Shown piece by piece: positions 45,532-59,368 of a DNA stretch of 64,000 nt (within the stretch, counting starts at the first letter, position 1; each line of letters opens with the position of its first letter). Origin of the DNA: Acanthaster planci (lineage: Eukaryota); NCBI RefSeq assembly GCF_001949145.1, contig NW_019091360.1, forward strand, positions 1,671,599 to 1,735,598, in the 5' to 3' direction. Made by a program: the position numbers and the translations under genes. The notes under the pieces were generated by a model that was given only the letters and a program-made list of their open reading frames with translations, was not told the DNA's origin and did not search any database.

Positions 45532-46672
45532 GTACAATTTTCATTCTCGTACAATACCATAAGGTTTAGGGCCAATATCAAGAAGTTTTGTTCATGTATG
45601 TTTCTGACAGGAATTACAGTGTAAATTGAAAATGAGCAATCCTTTGATATCGTGATTCATTTGGCTCAAGAGGAAATGAGAACAATACGTAGACAGATAT
45701 TGAAGTAAACGTGTGGTGGGGAAAACCAAGAAAGTGACGGCCTTCCCGCGCAAACTGCGAAAGCGCGCGAGGAAGCCCAGCCTGTCATTGGTCTGTTCCG
45801 CGTACAGGCTGATCCAGATTGGTGTGGACCATACTTACAATGCCCGTTCTCACTCCCCCTGGACCCAAATTATGTTCTTCGGTGACAAGCACTGAAAAAC
45901 TGTATTATCGTTATTCATTTTCATAATGTGAGCATTGCAAAAGTGTTTGCGAGGAGTACCTCAGGAACGAGTACAGACATGAAGCCTATCTGTAAACTAC
46001 GGTAGTTGATCGTCACTCCATGGAACGTTTCTTAGAGTTACACGTGTTTCTGGTAATGAAACCAGCCATTCCTCAAAAGCATCCATTGCACTGTAGCTCA
46101 AAAGCCTGAAAAAAAGGGAGAAGTACTAGAGTTTACGTCTGCTTTGTACAGAATGCAGAGCTGGGTTTGCTGTAAGGAACAATAAATGGAGTAAAATGTC
46201 AACAACAGTCAGTTGAAGATTAAAAAAATTCCATATTAAATCACTAGTTGACGTCATCATAATGTTGTTGTAACGAATACTTTTACCAGGTCTTTACATG
46301 TCATAGAAGTTTCAAGCTAATCTGACTTCGAATATTGCAAAACAATACAAGTGTACGGTGTGGATAAAAGTACTGAGAAAAAAATTGAATCATAAAAAAT
46401 AAATTAAAAAATCATGTGACGATGTCATCATTATGTCATTTCATAGTTGCATTGCTGAATATGTTAGACACCTTTCCACCAACTTTCACGACAGTCTGAT
46501 GTGTTTTTACATGTGAAACACAAATTGATGAGTTTGATGATGTCATGATGTCACAAAAATTTCCTCTGGGGGTGCATATAAACTTCGCCTTACAAAGGTC
46601 TTGCAAATTAATTTTGAGAATGTACTTTTTGTGCTCGTGAGATATTATTGATAAGAAAATTGAATCAAGAAT

Positions 46673-47238
46673 NNNNNNNNNNNNNNNNNNNNNNNNNNNN
46701 NNNNNNNNNNNNNNNNNNNNNNNNNNNNNNNNNNNNNNNNNNNNNNNNNNNNNNNNNNNNNNNNNNNNNNNNNNNNNNNNNNNNNNNNNNNNNNNNNNNN
46801 NNNNNNNNNNNNNNNNNNNNNNNNNNNNNNNNNNNNNNNNNNNNNNNNNNNNNNNNNNNNNNNNNNNNNNNNNNNNNNNNNNNNNNNNNNNNNNNNNNNN
46901 NNNNNNNNNNNNNNNNNNNNNNNNNNNNNNNNNNNNNNNNNNNNNNNNNNNNNNNNNNNNNNNNNNNNNNNNNNNNNNNNNNNNNNNNNNNNNNNNNNNN
47001 NNNNNNNNNNNNNNNNNNNNNNNNNNNNNNNNNNNNNNNNNNNNNNNNNNNNNNNNNNNNNNNNNNNNNNNNNNNNNNNNNNNNNNNNNNNNNNNNNNNN
47101 NNNNNNNNNNNNNNNNNNNNNNNNNNNNNNNNNNNNNNNNNNNNNNNNNNNNNNNNNNNNNNNNNNNNNNNNNNNNNNNNNNNNNNNNNNNNNNNNNNNN
47201 NNNNNNNNNNNNNNNNNNNNNNNNNNNNNNNNNNNNNN
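46673..47238. other. Assembly gap
   Basis: Run of N. Confidence 1.
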
Positions 47239-50200
47239 AACCCCCCCATCCCCGCTCCGCCCTGCGAACTTGCGTAGAATCGGATCTGAAAAGAGCTACA
47301 GCGGTTCAAAACCCATTGGACAATGGTGCAACATTTTGGCGAACACAACATGAAAAGAAAAAAGGAAAAGAAAATGTAAGATAATCCATGTGTGAAAACT
47401 GCAAAAATGATGCAAAAAGGTTGCAAATATGATGCAAAAATGTTGCAAAAATAATGCAACAATTAGAAGTAAATTGAACTTTTATACGGAAAGTGAAACC
47501 TTTGTATTTTATCGTGCAGAGTTCCGGCAATCATGGAAACTCCTGAAAAAATGAAATTGAATTTAAGTTTCCATTTCTAGGCAACAGAAAGTCGTGCAAT
47601 TTTGTAAAAATGACAGAAGTCATGGAAAGTTCAAGGAAATTTGAGAAGACCAATTTATTTTAAATGTAAGACTCTGAGTTTTAGAATAAAATAAAATGTG
47701 GATGCATCCCAAGCAAGACAAGAATCCACACTAGAGAGTGAAATCATGGTCGGACATCGGACTTTTTCCGAGCACTTATTGTGTTTGTCCAAACAAAATC
47801 AAAGGTACTCGTGCAAACTGTCTGACTAACATATCAATAACAGCTCTTAAAATAACAACACAATAAATGGGGTTATGGCATCGATTTATTATTAGTTTTG
47901 TGTTAGAATGACGTCAATTATGCTCAAGGCATTAATCAGGGCTAATCGCTCATCATCGGGTGAACACACATGTGTATATGCACAGACATGAAATCGCCCA
48001 ATAATTCTTTGCGCATCATAAAATGTAGGTCACGTTTTTGGTCTAATTTCGCACTCTGCACGCAGTGACATAAGATTCATTAAACTCTGAATACATTATC
48101 ATTCATGAGCCAGGAGCAAGATTCGTTAAGCACTAGGCCACAAGGAAATTTGTTATGCTCTGAGGGCAATCTGAACGAAATGAAAATCTAGATCAGACAA
48201 TAATCTATGTGTATGTTTTGTTTGAGAAATGCCAGTAATGTCAGCTTGCATGGGATTGAGTCAAGGACTTTGTTGATGTAACACAGTTGTCAGTGTGGCT
48301 TGAATGACGGAACACGTTGCACCCTATGGGACACATGCAGTGCTCAGATTACACTGGTGATAATTGGAAAAACTTTTTTTGTTTGTCCAGAAGCCCTGAA
48401 TGCGGGTGCAGTAGTACTGTCTGACCTCCATCACAGCCAGATTGGATTTGACCATTTGCCTTGTATCTTGACCAAAAGCAAGAAATAGACTGCCTTGAAA
48501 TTTCAATGCTGCCTTCCTCTAGCAAAATGTTTGCCTTCAAAATTCTAGCAAACAGGAAAGATTATAGATTGATTCTCCTCTGTTTGCCATATTGGGAGAT
48601 GCGTATTTATGAAAGTCTTGTGATCAAGTACAGAGAACACAGGTACATGTATGCAATTTCAAGTCCAGAGAACATATGACTTCAGTATCAACATGTACAT
48701 TGTACCTGTATATATACATGTATACTAGTTATAAAGAAAACTAGGAGTGAGCATTTATGAAAATCTTTTCCCACTTGCGTGAAAATCTTTAAAAATCTCC
48801 AGATTTTTCCACATGTGAGAAAATCTGTGAAAATTATTTCCCTTTTCTTCCCAGTTTGCAAAAAAAATCAGTTAAAGTCTTCTCTTGATTGTGTGAAAAT
48901 CTCTGCAAATCTTTTTCCACTGTGAGAAAAGGTTATCACAGTTTTGTGAAATGAAAGTTAATTAATTCCCCGGCAGGGCTCACAAAATTTTTTAAAAATG
49001 GAGTTGCCCTTCATGCAGGGGAGTTTAAAATCTGGTTGCCCGAATTTTATTTTGAGTTGTCTGACAAGGAAGTTTTTGCCCCACGTGGTCTCGAAGCTTT
49101 TAGTAATTAGGCCTCCAGTCATTTTCCTAGTGAAGGATTGCTTGATATAAATACCCACCATTTTGCTATTGCTCTGCAGCATTTCATGCTGAGACAACCT
49201 CTTGTCGGAAAGGTAAACTAAAAGTCTTGCAGTACAGATTTTGTTCTCACAGGAGTACAAAAAAAAATCAATGCCTGAAAAAATTACAGGTTGGTAGGTT
49301 ACTTACTACACAAGATTCCATGAAAGTTATAGATAGTAAGAGATATGTACGTGATGTAATGGGTTTGTCAACTTTGCAGCGTGGGGGGGGGATTTATGGT
49401 CGAAGGCTCACTGAGCATCAAAGTTGAGTCAAAATTTATGCAGGCTATCCATTTTAATGCACAGACTTTCTAATTTATGAACTAATTCCCTTTAATTTAT
49501 AAGACATGCTTTATTAGAAAATATGCTTGTTACAATTTTTTGGCTGAGAAATGGGTTTACGCTTGACTATACTTTTTATATGTAAAGACATTTTTGAAGC
49601 AATCCGGAACTGGCTAAACCAATCCAGAACTGCGAAAAGTGTCATCACTTTTGTTGATCCAGTAAGACAAATTAAAAGCTTAAAATTTGAAAACATTTTG
49701 AAGTAACTTCTGCATACATGTACAAGGTAGATCTCCGATCCCACGTTTCATTGGAATTTGAAGATAATTGAGCCGTGTTTGTCTGAATATAGTTTTCGCA
49801 ATCTGCAACAAGGAAAACGACTGAATATAGACACGGCTGGGGCCGCTGCATTTGTCATGTCAGTGATTCGACCAGACGTATTATGGTGCACGATTTGACT
49901 GGACGTACCACAGTGCACCTATCCCAACAAGTACAGTCATGCAACATCAAGGTTAAGGATGTCAATCTTGTTTCGCTGTCTTTCTTGTGATCTTTTTTCT
50001 CAACACGGTACTGAAATGGCTAAAATGCCAGTATTGAAATGCAATTGCAAAAACTGTGTTGCCGAAAACAGGTGCTAGCCCATCGGGCTGGCAGCCTGGA
50101 ACAGTTGGTTGTCCTGCAAAATATTTTGGTTGTCCCGGGACGTCGGATTTACCGATTCTGCGAGCCCTGAAAAGACTAAAAGTGGGAAAGAGTTTCCTAT

Positions 50201-51964
50201 TTGCAGATTAACTTTCAATTGCAATGTACTGTATAAAAAAAAACCTACATGTAAGATGAATACAGAGTTACACTTTAATCAGACTTGAGGTTTCAGAAAT
50301 GTTGACCTTCAAAATGTCAGGGTTCAGTGCACATCATCAGCCTAATGTTTTAACTTGGTTTAAGTTAAAGATTGGGTTTAAAGATGATTAAAAGTACATG
50401 TAGGTTTAAGTTGGACTAAAATTGATTTAAAAATTGTAGGCATCGGTTAACCAATCTGGCTTTCTGATGTTCAGTTCCATCACTTGATCATCACTGATTA
50501 GGTGATTGGGCACTATCCTGTCACCTGGTGTATCGAACACTAATCCATTACATATTCAGTGCAGTACAGTGTACATGTACAGTACCATTGCAGAAGTGTA
50601 TAACAAATTAACAATGCTTGCCGGTGCATGACACCGTGCAGGCTTAAGCTCTGTGAATGGGATAAGCATCAACAGTAACACAAGGTTCACCATAAGACAA
50701 GGTCTTTTGGAGGGTCCCTTGGAGCTCGTATGTATTTGAATATGTATTTGAAGTTGGCGTGAACTTGCTTTGAACGGTGTTGGTCTTCTGTAAATGTTGC
50801 ATAAAATGAGACCGTTGTGCGTGTCATGAAATACTTAATGGCCCTCTAGTGGCAGGTGGAAAATGAAGAAACTACATTTCAATTGATGTTTGTGGCAAAA
50901 TTTGATGTAATTGCTTGAAAAGTGGTTGATATGATGACCTTCATGCAGACAGTACAGGAGTTAAATTGATGACGTCAACGGATTGGAAAATACAATTAAA
51001 AGACCTTTCAATTTTAACAATTGCTGAAAGAAATCAATAGTAAGTGGTGCCACTCTTGATTTCCTCAAATCAAATAGAAAATGCTGGCATTGAGCCAGCC
51101 ATTGGCGTTGTCTCATTATAAATACAGCGGACCTGCCGATGATGATAAAAACGCCTGTAGTTGTCTGTAGATGCTTGCGCATCCAATGCCTGTAACATTG
51201 TAACTGCTGAGCAGTGCTGCTGTGCTGTATGGTGTGGTGTGAATGCTTAAGTGCATGCACATGTATACACGTCCATGGTTTCGTTGACTCGTACATTGAC
51301 TTGTAACTAGTCCATAACCAAGTGCCTTAGCTAAGCCAGAGTATTCATCCAGTGTTTAAGACGCACTGTGCTATCAAAGTGGAAACCTCGGTTGAAAGCC
51401 ACCCATTGCGGGCTTATTCAAATTTTTTCTGCCCCATACAAATTTGTTAGGTTTTCCTTGTACTTTCTTGAATTGATTTCTGTTATTCGTCGTAGAATAA
51501 CTGTAAACAGATTGCGGACCTTCATGAGTCGTCCCATCCCAATGTACTCCATCTTTTCATGTTGAGATGCATTGAGCATCCTAGCACCATGCATAATTAT
51601 GATTAAGCTCGTCACAATCAACCAGCCCCAAACCGTAGTGATCCCTGCCCCCAAATCTGCCGCTCAACCAGTTGTACCAGCGGGTGAATTTCAGTGGTTC
51701 TTTGTGGTAGCCATGTGACTGCGCTATCCCCGCTTTCAAGTTAACCCTGATGGTAGCCTCAGCTAGCCCAGATGTACCGGTAGCTTTTTGATGCCTGCAG
51801 GCCTGGCACCTGATCATAAAGCATCATTGCAAAACGAGAAATAATTTGCAGCAGTTTGCCTTGTTTATTTCGTTAAAAAATAGAGCAGATACATGTACCT
51901 ACAAGTAGTACTTAAGAATGATATAAAGTCCTATTAAAACCCTTACCCACTAGGGCCTTTTTAC

Positions 51965-52550
51965 TAAGGCACATCCTCAATCTTCCAAAATCCTCCAATT
52001 GCCCGACTTCATGCAAAAACTGCATTCATCCTCAATCCTCCAAAATCCTCCAGTTTTGGGGCTTATGCACAAAATGAAAGGTACCTGAATCCTCAATCCT
52101 CTAAAATCCTCCATGGCCGTACTTTGTTTGTTTGTTTGTTTGTTTGTTTGTTTTGGTCTTTTTTATTTTGGGGGAGGGAGAGGGTTAGGCTAGGTTGGTT
52201 GCTGGGCTGAAGCTGGTTTTTTGCAGATTTGGCAAACAGCTTTACTTTTGTCACAAACAAAGCAGACATGTGCATTTGTTTTAACTCACTGCAGTTGAGG
52301 ATTGTGTATTTTATGACCAGCAGCAGTGAACAATGGAACACACTGTCCTTGGGTACATGTATATTGCAAACAGTATAATGTGTGACCATATGCACCACTA
52401 TGTGACCATTCATCCTCAATCCTCCGAAATACTCCAGCTTTTAAATCAGCATTCATCCTCAATCTTCCAAAATCCTCCATGTTTCAATCACCATTCATCC
52501 TCAATCCTCCAAAACCACCCGGAGGATTTTGGAGGATTGCGGTGGTTTAG
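51965..52550. repeat. Element built of CATCCTCAATCCTCCAAAATCCTCC motifs, containing a (TTTG)n microsatellite
   Basis: About 6 motif copies plus inverted GGAGGATTTTGGAGGATTG. Confidence 0.65.
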
Positions 52551-54036
52551 GGTTGGACTACGTGTAAATACCTGTTAATACACCTTTAGTTTAGATTGAA
52601 ATGAAATTTGTTAATTTTGTTAACGTTGTAGGAATGTGCAGATAGATCAGACTTACTCTGAGCAAAAATCGGAAACCTTGCTGAACTAAAAAAAATGGAT
52701 ACCACCAGTTTTTTTAATTTGTTCTGCTAGAATTCAACTTGAGTAGAGCTTGCTTTTAAACCTAATAATCCTTCACCTTTTGGAAGATTGAGGACTGTTG
52801 GGGAACCCTTAAAAATCCCTTGTTTTAAAATTACAATGTGCACGGCCAACGTTGTTTCTCAAAGGAAAAGTTAAATGTGTGGTCTTCCTTCCAAGCGCAA
52901 GGCTTTGTGCAGTGGTGTCTTCAGGCATGCGATAATGGTGATCATATTCCTTTTAGACTTGCACAGAGACTGTTAAACCTTGGATGGTGATTATTTTACA
53001 TTTCACCCAGCGATGTTGCTTTGTCACTGTGACCATAGCATAACTAAAATCTTGGGTAACTTTTATCAAAAAACTACCTTATAATGATCCACAATTGGAT
53101 ATCTTGTTCAGTTGGGTGTTGTTTTTCAAATGGTGCATTTAAGCTTTAAACTGAAAGGAAGCTGCTAGCTAGTCCCTCCATTGTCCCTGCTGATGCGTAT
53201 TTCACATCTGTGATCTTATCATGTGTGTCAGAACTACAGAAAGGTTTGCACCGTATATTTCACAAAATTAAGACAGAAAAATTGCACGTTTGTGTCATGA
53301 ACATTTAGACAGTGCTGACTAAAATCTTGAGGAAAGTACTGCTCCTGCACATTAGAAGAAAAATCAGTTTAACCGCTTGCCTCCTGGGTTTCCGGATCCG
53401 GGCGCCTTGGGTTTGCAAGCATAGCCGGGGTGTCTGAAATTGGACAAAGGAGCTGGACCTTGTAACGAAAGACCGTACTCGGAACAAGAGACCGAGCTGC
53501 GGGAATTTGCCATCATTTTTCAATTGTCATTAGCGGATGTAATCCGTCATTGTTATGAAACATGCTATATTATCTGGCAATTCATGGCGATGGTATATAT
53601 ATTTTCGTATCAGAACAACCTTTAATGGGGACTGGTTTGTGGTCTGATATCAGCTAAAGTGATCACATGCTGATAAAAATTCACTTTTTCAAACTAATGA
53701 ATACTGGTTCTTTCCTCACATGGAAGTGGCAAAGCCAAATCAGCTTTACCTTGAAAATTATTTTTAAATGTCTCTCCAAATGAACGCATCTCGAACTTCA
53801 ACTGTGACACCATTAACGGTTTTCTGTTACTGACCTTTCAAAGTTGGGAGGCAATGTAACTTTTTGGCACACAAAACTTGCTGGTTTATTTGAGTAGCAT
53901 CTTTGGAGGCCTTTGAATTCTGAACTGTTTGTGCTGTTGGAAAGCTCCGTGAAAGTTCAGCATGGGTTACAGGGTAGCTTACAATTTCTCTTCCACAAAC
54001 GGAAATGATAATTTTGTTTCTTTGATTCTCCCTCAG

Positions 54037-55902
54037 GTTGACGAAACCGACTTTGTAGATGCCGGTAGAAGGGATGCCCTCTCCACTTCGAACGAGACTT
54101 TTTGGACTTGTCAAAAAGGGTAAGATTTTTCATCCTATTTACAGCAAAAGTTTTTTTTTTCAGGCCAATTTGAAGGGTTTTGCTTACTCAGGTGTGTGTC
54201 TGACTCCTCATTCCACTTCTTATGTCAGCTTGCCAGTGGGATTCGAACCTGGGTCACAGGGTTGGAGGGTGAGGTGGAAAGTACGTTACCAGAAGTGAAG
54301 ATTGGCGATATTAACTGACTTTTTAAAATGAAATTGTCAACCCCCCCCCAAAAAAAGACACCCAAACCACCCTGCAAATACACAGAATGTTGGACTGAAA
54401 CTGAATTCCCATGCTCATGTGTTCATCACATTCATCATTCATGGAGCCAGGCCTTGACCTTTACAGTGGTCACCAGCAGTCATTGTCGCGATGCCCCAGT
54501 GCACAGATCGCAGTGCCCTCCAAGAAAAACCGTTTCATCGCAGCCAAGAACAGAGCATAATGCACAGACAGCATTGCAAACAATCAATTGGATGGATTTA
54601 CAAATGATCTGTTTGATTGGACCCTCAAAACTTAAAGGTCGAGGCCTGTGAGCTGAAACATTGGTTCCTAAAATTAAATGTTCAGGTCGTAAGTGTGTAC
54701 ATATTTTATAAACCCAGACTATAAAGATTTCTTATCATTATAACTGAAATAATGGAAACTGCACAGTATTTGCACTGTGATTGTACCAAATATTGTGGGA
54801 TGTTTTAGGAATTTATCTTCATCCCCCAATCTCCCCTCAGTAATCAGCAAAACTTCAAACGTGGCCTGAAGACCTTGTGCTTTATTTAAATTGGGCCAGG
54901 ATGTTAACTTCTACTGAAGGCTTCAGTTATGGAGATTTGTACAGATTTTGGTTCTCTGCAGTGTCTGTTTTTAATCCTTCTCCCTTGAAAGTCACTATAT
55001 TGCCTGCTTTCAGAAATCTGCTTCTTTCATGTTCTATACTGCTTTTAATTTTTTCCCTTTTCACTCCAACTTGCTCACTTACTCGCCCACCACCCATCCC
55101 ACCAAAATGTTTTTTGATATGGTTATCTGCACCTTGCAGCATTCACGGTTACCAAATGCTGTCAATTCAAAAGTAGGGGTTTGCTGGCTGAACTGGGCAT
55201 GTCCAGAAACCTCTTCCACTACTCAAATTCAAATTTGACCTGCATGGCTAATGAGGGCTGTCAAGCTGCTTGCAGACAGTGCTTGGGCAATGCCCTTTGT
55301 TCTGGTCTATGGCTTGTTACGTAATAAGGCACTGGTTTTCAATAGTGAAAAAGCAGCGTCCAAAAAGCCAGCACATTTCTGTAGTGCATCATGGAGGAAG
55401 GAAAAAGACATGTACATGTATCCCAATATGTACCTGGTGTTTGAGCAGATATAAAAGCTTGAACACTGACAAATTGCCTTCCTGGTTTGTATATTTACCA
55501 TCTCAGTTTATTCTGGAAACTGCCAACTTACATGCTTTGCATTTATAAATCTTTAATAGTTTTATACATGTACAATTTAAGTATCTCTCTAATGAAAGTG
55601 TAAACAAACTGTTCACAAGTTATACATATGATTGTGAGTGCACACTTTGTTCTCAAAATACAACATAATTAAAAGTCCCTTCATTTTTTTGTTGCTTTTC
55701 AGAACTCCCCAAAGAGTGCCTAACAGCAGTCTACCCTCATCAGAAGTCCAGGAATCAGACGAGGTTAGCATGCACCTGCTCCACTTTGCTGCCCGTGCTG
55801 GTGGCCATTAGGGAACACAGCGCAGGTTTGTGGGCTGCATCAATGTTACATTGGTTGTACTTGTGACCGGCGGAGCAATGAATTCAGGAAGGTCAGAAAG
55901 GG
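54037..55902 (+). ncRNA. Putative spliced non-coding/micropeptide unit, exons A 54037-54119, B 55140-55172, C 55703-55902
   Basis: Each exon is bounded by YAG and GT(A/G)-type sites, mirrored in the minus-strand paralogue. Confidence 0.45.
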
Positions 55903-57189
55903 GTGAGTTGTTATCAAGTCATTTTCTTCGTTTCAAGAATGTTTCATGTCACTTCATACATGTACATGTAGATGCAAGGATCCATTTGGATGTTGGTTAA
56001 TTTTCAAAAGCACCACCAAAAAAGCCGCAGCAGCAATTCCAAAAACAAAAAGACGTAAAATTTGTCAGTTTCTGTTGTCAGTTTCTACCATTTTCAAATC
56101 TTCGCGCTGCAGATATTGGCTGCTTTTAACATAACCCACCAAAATTTGGCAGTAGAAAAACACAAAGCGCTCTATGAATTGTCAATTAATTTGGGTCTTT
56201 TTATTCACCGGCGCTGCAAACATGTACATGTGTGATTTGTGGTTGTCAAATCTCAGGTTGTTTGGGTCAATTCAAAGTCAAGTTTCACATCATAGCAAAG
56301 TCAAGAGTCAAGCTTTATGTTGGTGTGTTTTTACTTCAAGTGTGTAAACAGGCAATGTTGAACAATACACTTAGCTGTACAGTTCAGAGCGTACTGAATT
56401 TCCTCTGGCCATTGGATTTTTATTGATGAGGTCCTACTTAAGAAGTCCAAAGTATTGCATTCACATTTTCCTTTCTAAACTCATGGCCCTTGAATCCTGC
56501 TTTGAGTATCACTACGTCTTTTTAATTTAACTACCAGTAAGACAAAGAGTAAGACAACTGATCCATGCAATACGTTGTCATAAACTGTAATTAAAAGATT
56601 TTGAAGAGCCCTAATACTTGTACTTGTAAGTCAATTTCATTTAACTGTATTCCTTTCATTTTGGAAATCTTCCATTCTGGCGATCAGTTAGCACTCTCTC
56701 ATTCCCAAAGGTCCATCTTGCCTCATCCTTCAGAACCTGCAGTCGGACTAAAAAAATACAAAATTTTAAGTCAGCAGAAAATATTTTTGTGTGATAATTC
56801 AACTCTTGTTGTTTGACGTTCCTTAAAGATACTTCTGGCCTCTTAATTGTTTCAAGATTTATGATGACACAATGTTAAATGAAAGTCAGGACCTCAACAA
56901 AATTCAATGCAACATGAAACACTTGAAATAAGAACACACCAACATAAGGCTTGATTTTTAACTTTGTTATGGTATGAAGCGTGACTTGGAAAAGACGAAA
57001 AGAACTGATATTTGACCTCCACAGTGACATGAAACGTTCTCGAGACTCGAAGTAAATGACAAGATAATAACTCTTCCCCTTTTTGTCTTCCTTAATTCAT
57101 TGTTCCTCCTTTTGCAAGTACCACCAGTGCAACATTGATGCTCCACCAACTTGTGCTGTGTTCCCAATGGTCACTGTTGCACTGTTGGG

Positions 57190-57970
57190 GATGTGCGCGG
57201 CGGGGGAAGGGATGTGCGCGGCGGGAAGGGGCGCGCGGCTGGGGAGGGACGCGCGCAGCGGGTAGGGTCGCGTGCAACGGGGGAGGGACGCGTGGCGGGT
57301 AGGGGCGTGCGCGGTGGGGCACGCAGCGGGGTGNNNNNNNNNNNNNNNNNNNNNNNNNNNNNNNNNNNNNNNNNNNNNNNNNNNNNNNNNNNNNNNNNNN
57401 NNNNNNNNNNNNNNNNNNNNNNNNNNNNNNNCACGCGCGGCAGGGGGAGGGATGCGCAGCGGGTAGGGACGCGCAGCGGGGGTGGGACGCACGCAGTGGG
57501 GGTGGGACACATGCAGCGGGGGTGGGACACGCGCGGCAGGGGAAGGGACGCGCAGCGGGTAGGGACGCACGCGGTGCGGGAAGGGGTGCGTGCAGTGGGG
57601 GAGGGATCATTTGTTTTCTAAAAAAATAAACTGATACAGAAATAAATCAGTAACAAAAAAAGTTTTTTCTTTTGTATATATCCAGACCCACCCCCACACA
57701 GCGCGACCCCTCCCCATGCGGTGCGACCCCTCCCAACGCGGCACAACCTTCCCCACGCGGCGCGACCCCTCCCCACGCGGCGCGACCCCTCCCCACGCGG
57801 CGCGACCCCTCCCCACGCGGCGCGACCCCCCCCCACGCGGCGCGACCCCTCCCCACGCCGCGCGCGGCGCGACCCACCCCCACGCGGCGCGACCCCTCCC
57901 CACGCCGCGCGACCCACCCCCACGCGGCGCGACACGCCCCCTGCCGCGCGTGTCCCACCCCTGCCGCGCA
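57190..57970. repeat. GC-rich ~20-bp minisatellite (CCCCACGCGGCGCGACCCCT) in two opposed arrays around an AT-rich spacer; includes N gap 57334-57431
   Basis: Direct inspection; explains the Arg/Gly/Pro-rich spurious ORFs. Confidence 0.9.
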
Positions 57971-59368
57971 CATCCCCAACAGTGACCATTGGGAACACAA
58001 CACAAGTTGGGGGAGCATCATTGTTGCACTGGTGGTGCTTGCTACAGGAGGAACAATGAATTAAGGAAGACAAAAAGGGGAAGAGTTATTATCTTGTCAT
58101 TTACTTCGAGTCTCGAGAACGTTTCATGTCACTGTGGAGGTCAAATATCAGTTCTTTTTGTCTTTTCCAAATCACGCTTCATACCATAACAAAGTTAAAA
58201 GTCAAGCCTTATGTTGGTGTGTTTTAATTCAAGTGTTTACAGTAAACAGCTAATGCCAAACTTCAAGAAATCCAATTATCTATGTTTCCTTTTCCTCTTA
58301 TCACTGGATTTTGTTGAAGCCCTAATTTTGTGCAACATTGAATGTCCAAATCCTTTAAAAAATTGGATGTAAATTTAAGCAATGCACATGTAATTACAGT
58401 TATAACTTATTGCACTGATCAGCTGTCATAAACATTTTTCTTTTAAAACGTTGGTGATACAAGGAACACGATTTGAGGGACATGACTTAATCACTGATGT
58501 CTTGGTTGACTTTTGACAAAGTAAAACATTGAATGTTGAGCCCTAAAAATTGTGTGGGATGATTTCCCAGGGGATTTTCAAGAGTTTCAAAGTTCTTCAA
58601 AAATTCATAACTTCAATTCACTAGACGCTTACACCCACACGAATGACTGTCTGGTGGCTACTCTAATCTGACAGGCAACCTCCATTAACGTCAAAGTTTT
58701 TCAGCCAGGCCTGCTGCCTAGTAAAAAGAGCCCAGATTGCGCGGTGTTGCATAATTTCCTTTGTTCCCAATATTGGCATACAAACCCAAGGTGCCCAGTT
58801 CCAGAAAGCCCGGAGGCAAGTGGTTAAATAGGACCTCATCAACAAAATCCAATGACCAGAGGAAATTCCGTCCCCTCTGAACTTTACAGGTCAGTGTATT
58901 CCTTGAAGTTCAACATTACCTGTTTACTCTAAACACTTGAAGTAAAGACACACCAACATAAAGCTTGGCTTGTGACTTTGCTACGACTTTGACTTGAACT
59001 GACCAAAAAAACCCTGAGATTCGACAACCGTAAATCACACATGTACATGTTTGCAGCGCTAGAGAATAAAATGACCCAAATAAATTGACAATTCATAGAG
59101 CGCTTTGTGTTTTTCTACTGCCAAATTTTGGTGGGTTATGTTAAAAGCAGCCAATGTCTGCAATGCAAAGATTTGAAAATGGTAGAAACTGACAACAGAA
59201 ACTGACAAATTTCCCTCTTTTTCTTATAGGAATTGCTGCTGCGGCTTATTTGGTGGTGCTTTTGAAAATTAACCAACATCCAAATGGATCCTTGCATCTA
59301 CATGTACATGTATGAAGTGACATGAAACATTCTTGAAACAAGAAGAAAACGACTTGATAACAACTCAC

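Noticed and set aside
46648..47462. 209- and 265-aa ORFs in the track
   Set aside because: They are mostly translated N gap.
50931..51027. C/D-box snoRNA (ATGATGA...CTGA)
   Set aside because: No adjacent terminal stem and no recognisable rRNA/snRNA guide; similar short C...D pairs at ~41460 and ~45416 are too short.
57092..58073. Multiple 100-170-aa Arg/Gly/Pro/Ala-rich ORFs
   Set aside because: They are artefacts of a stop-free GC minisatellite and an N gap.
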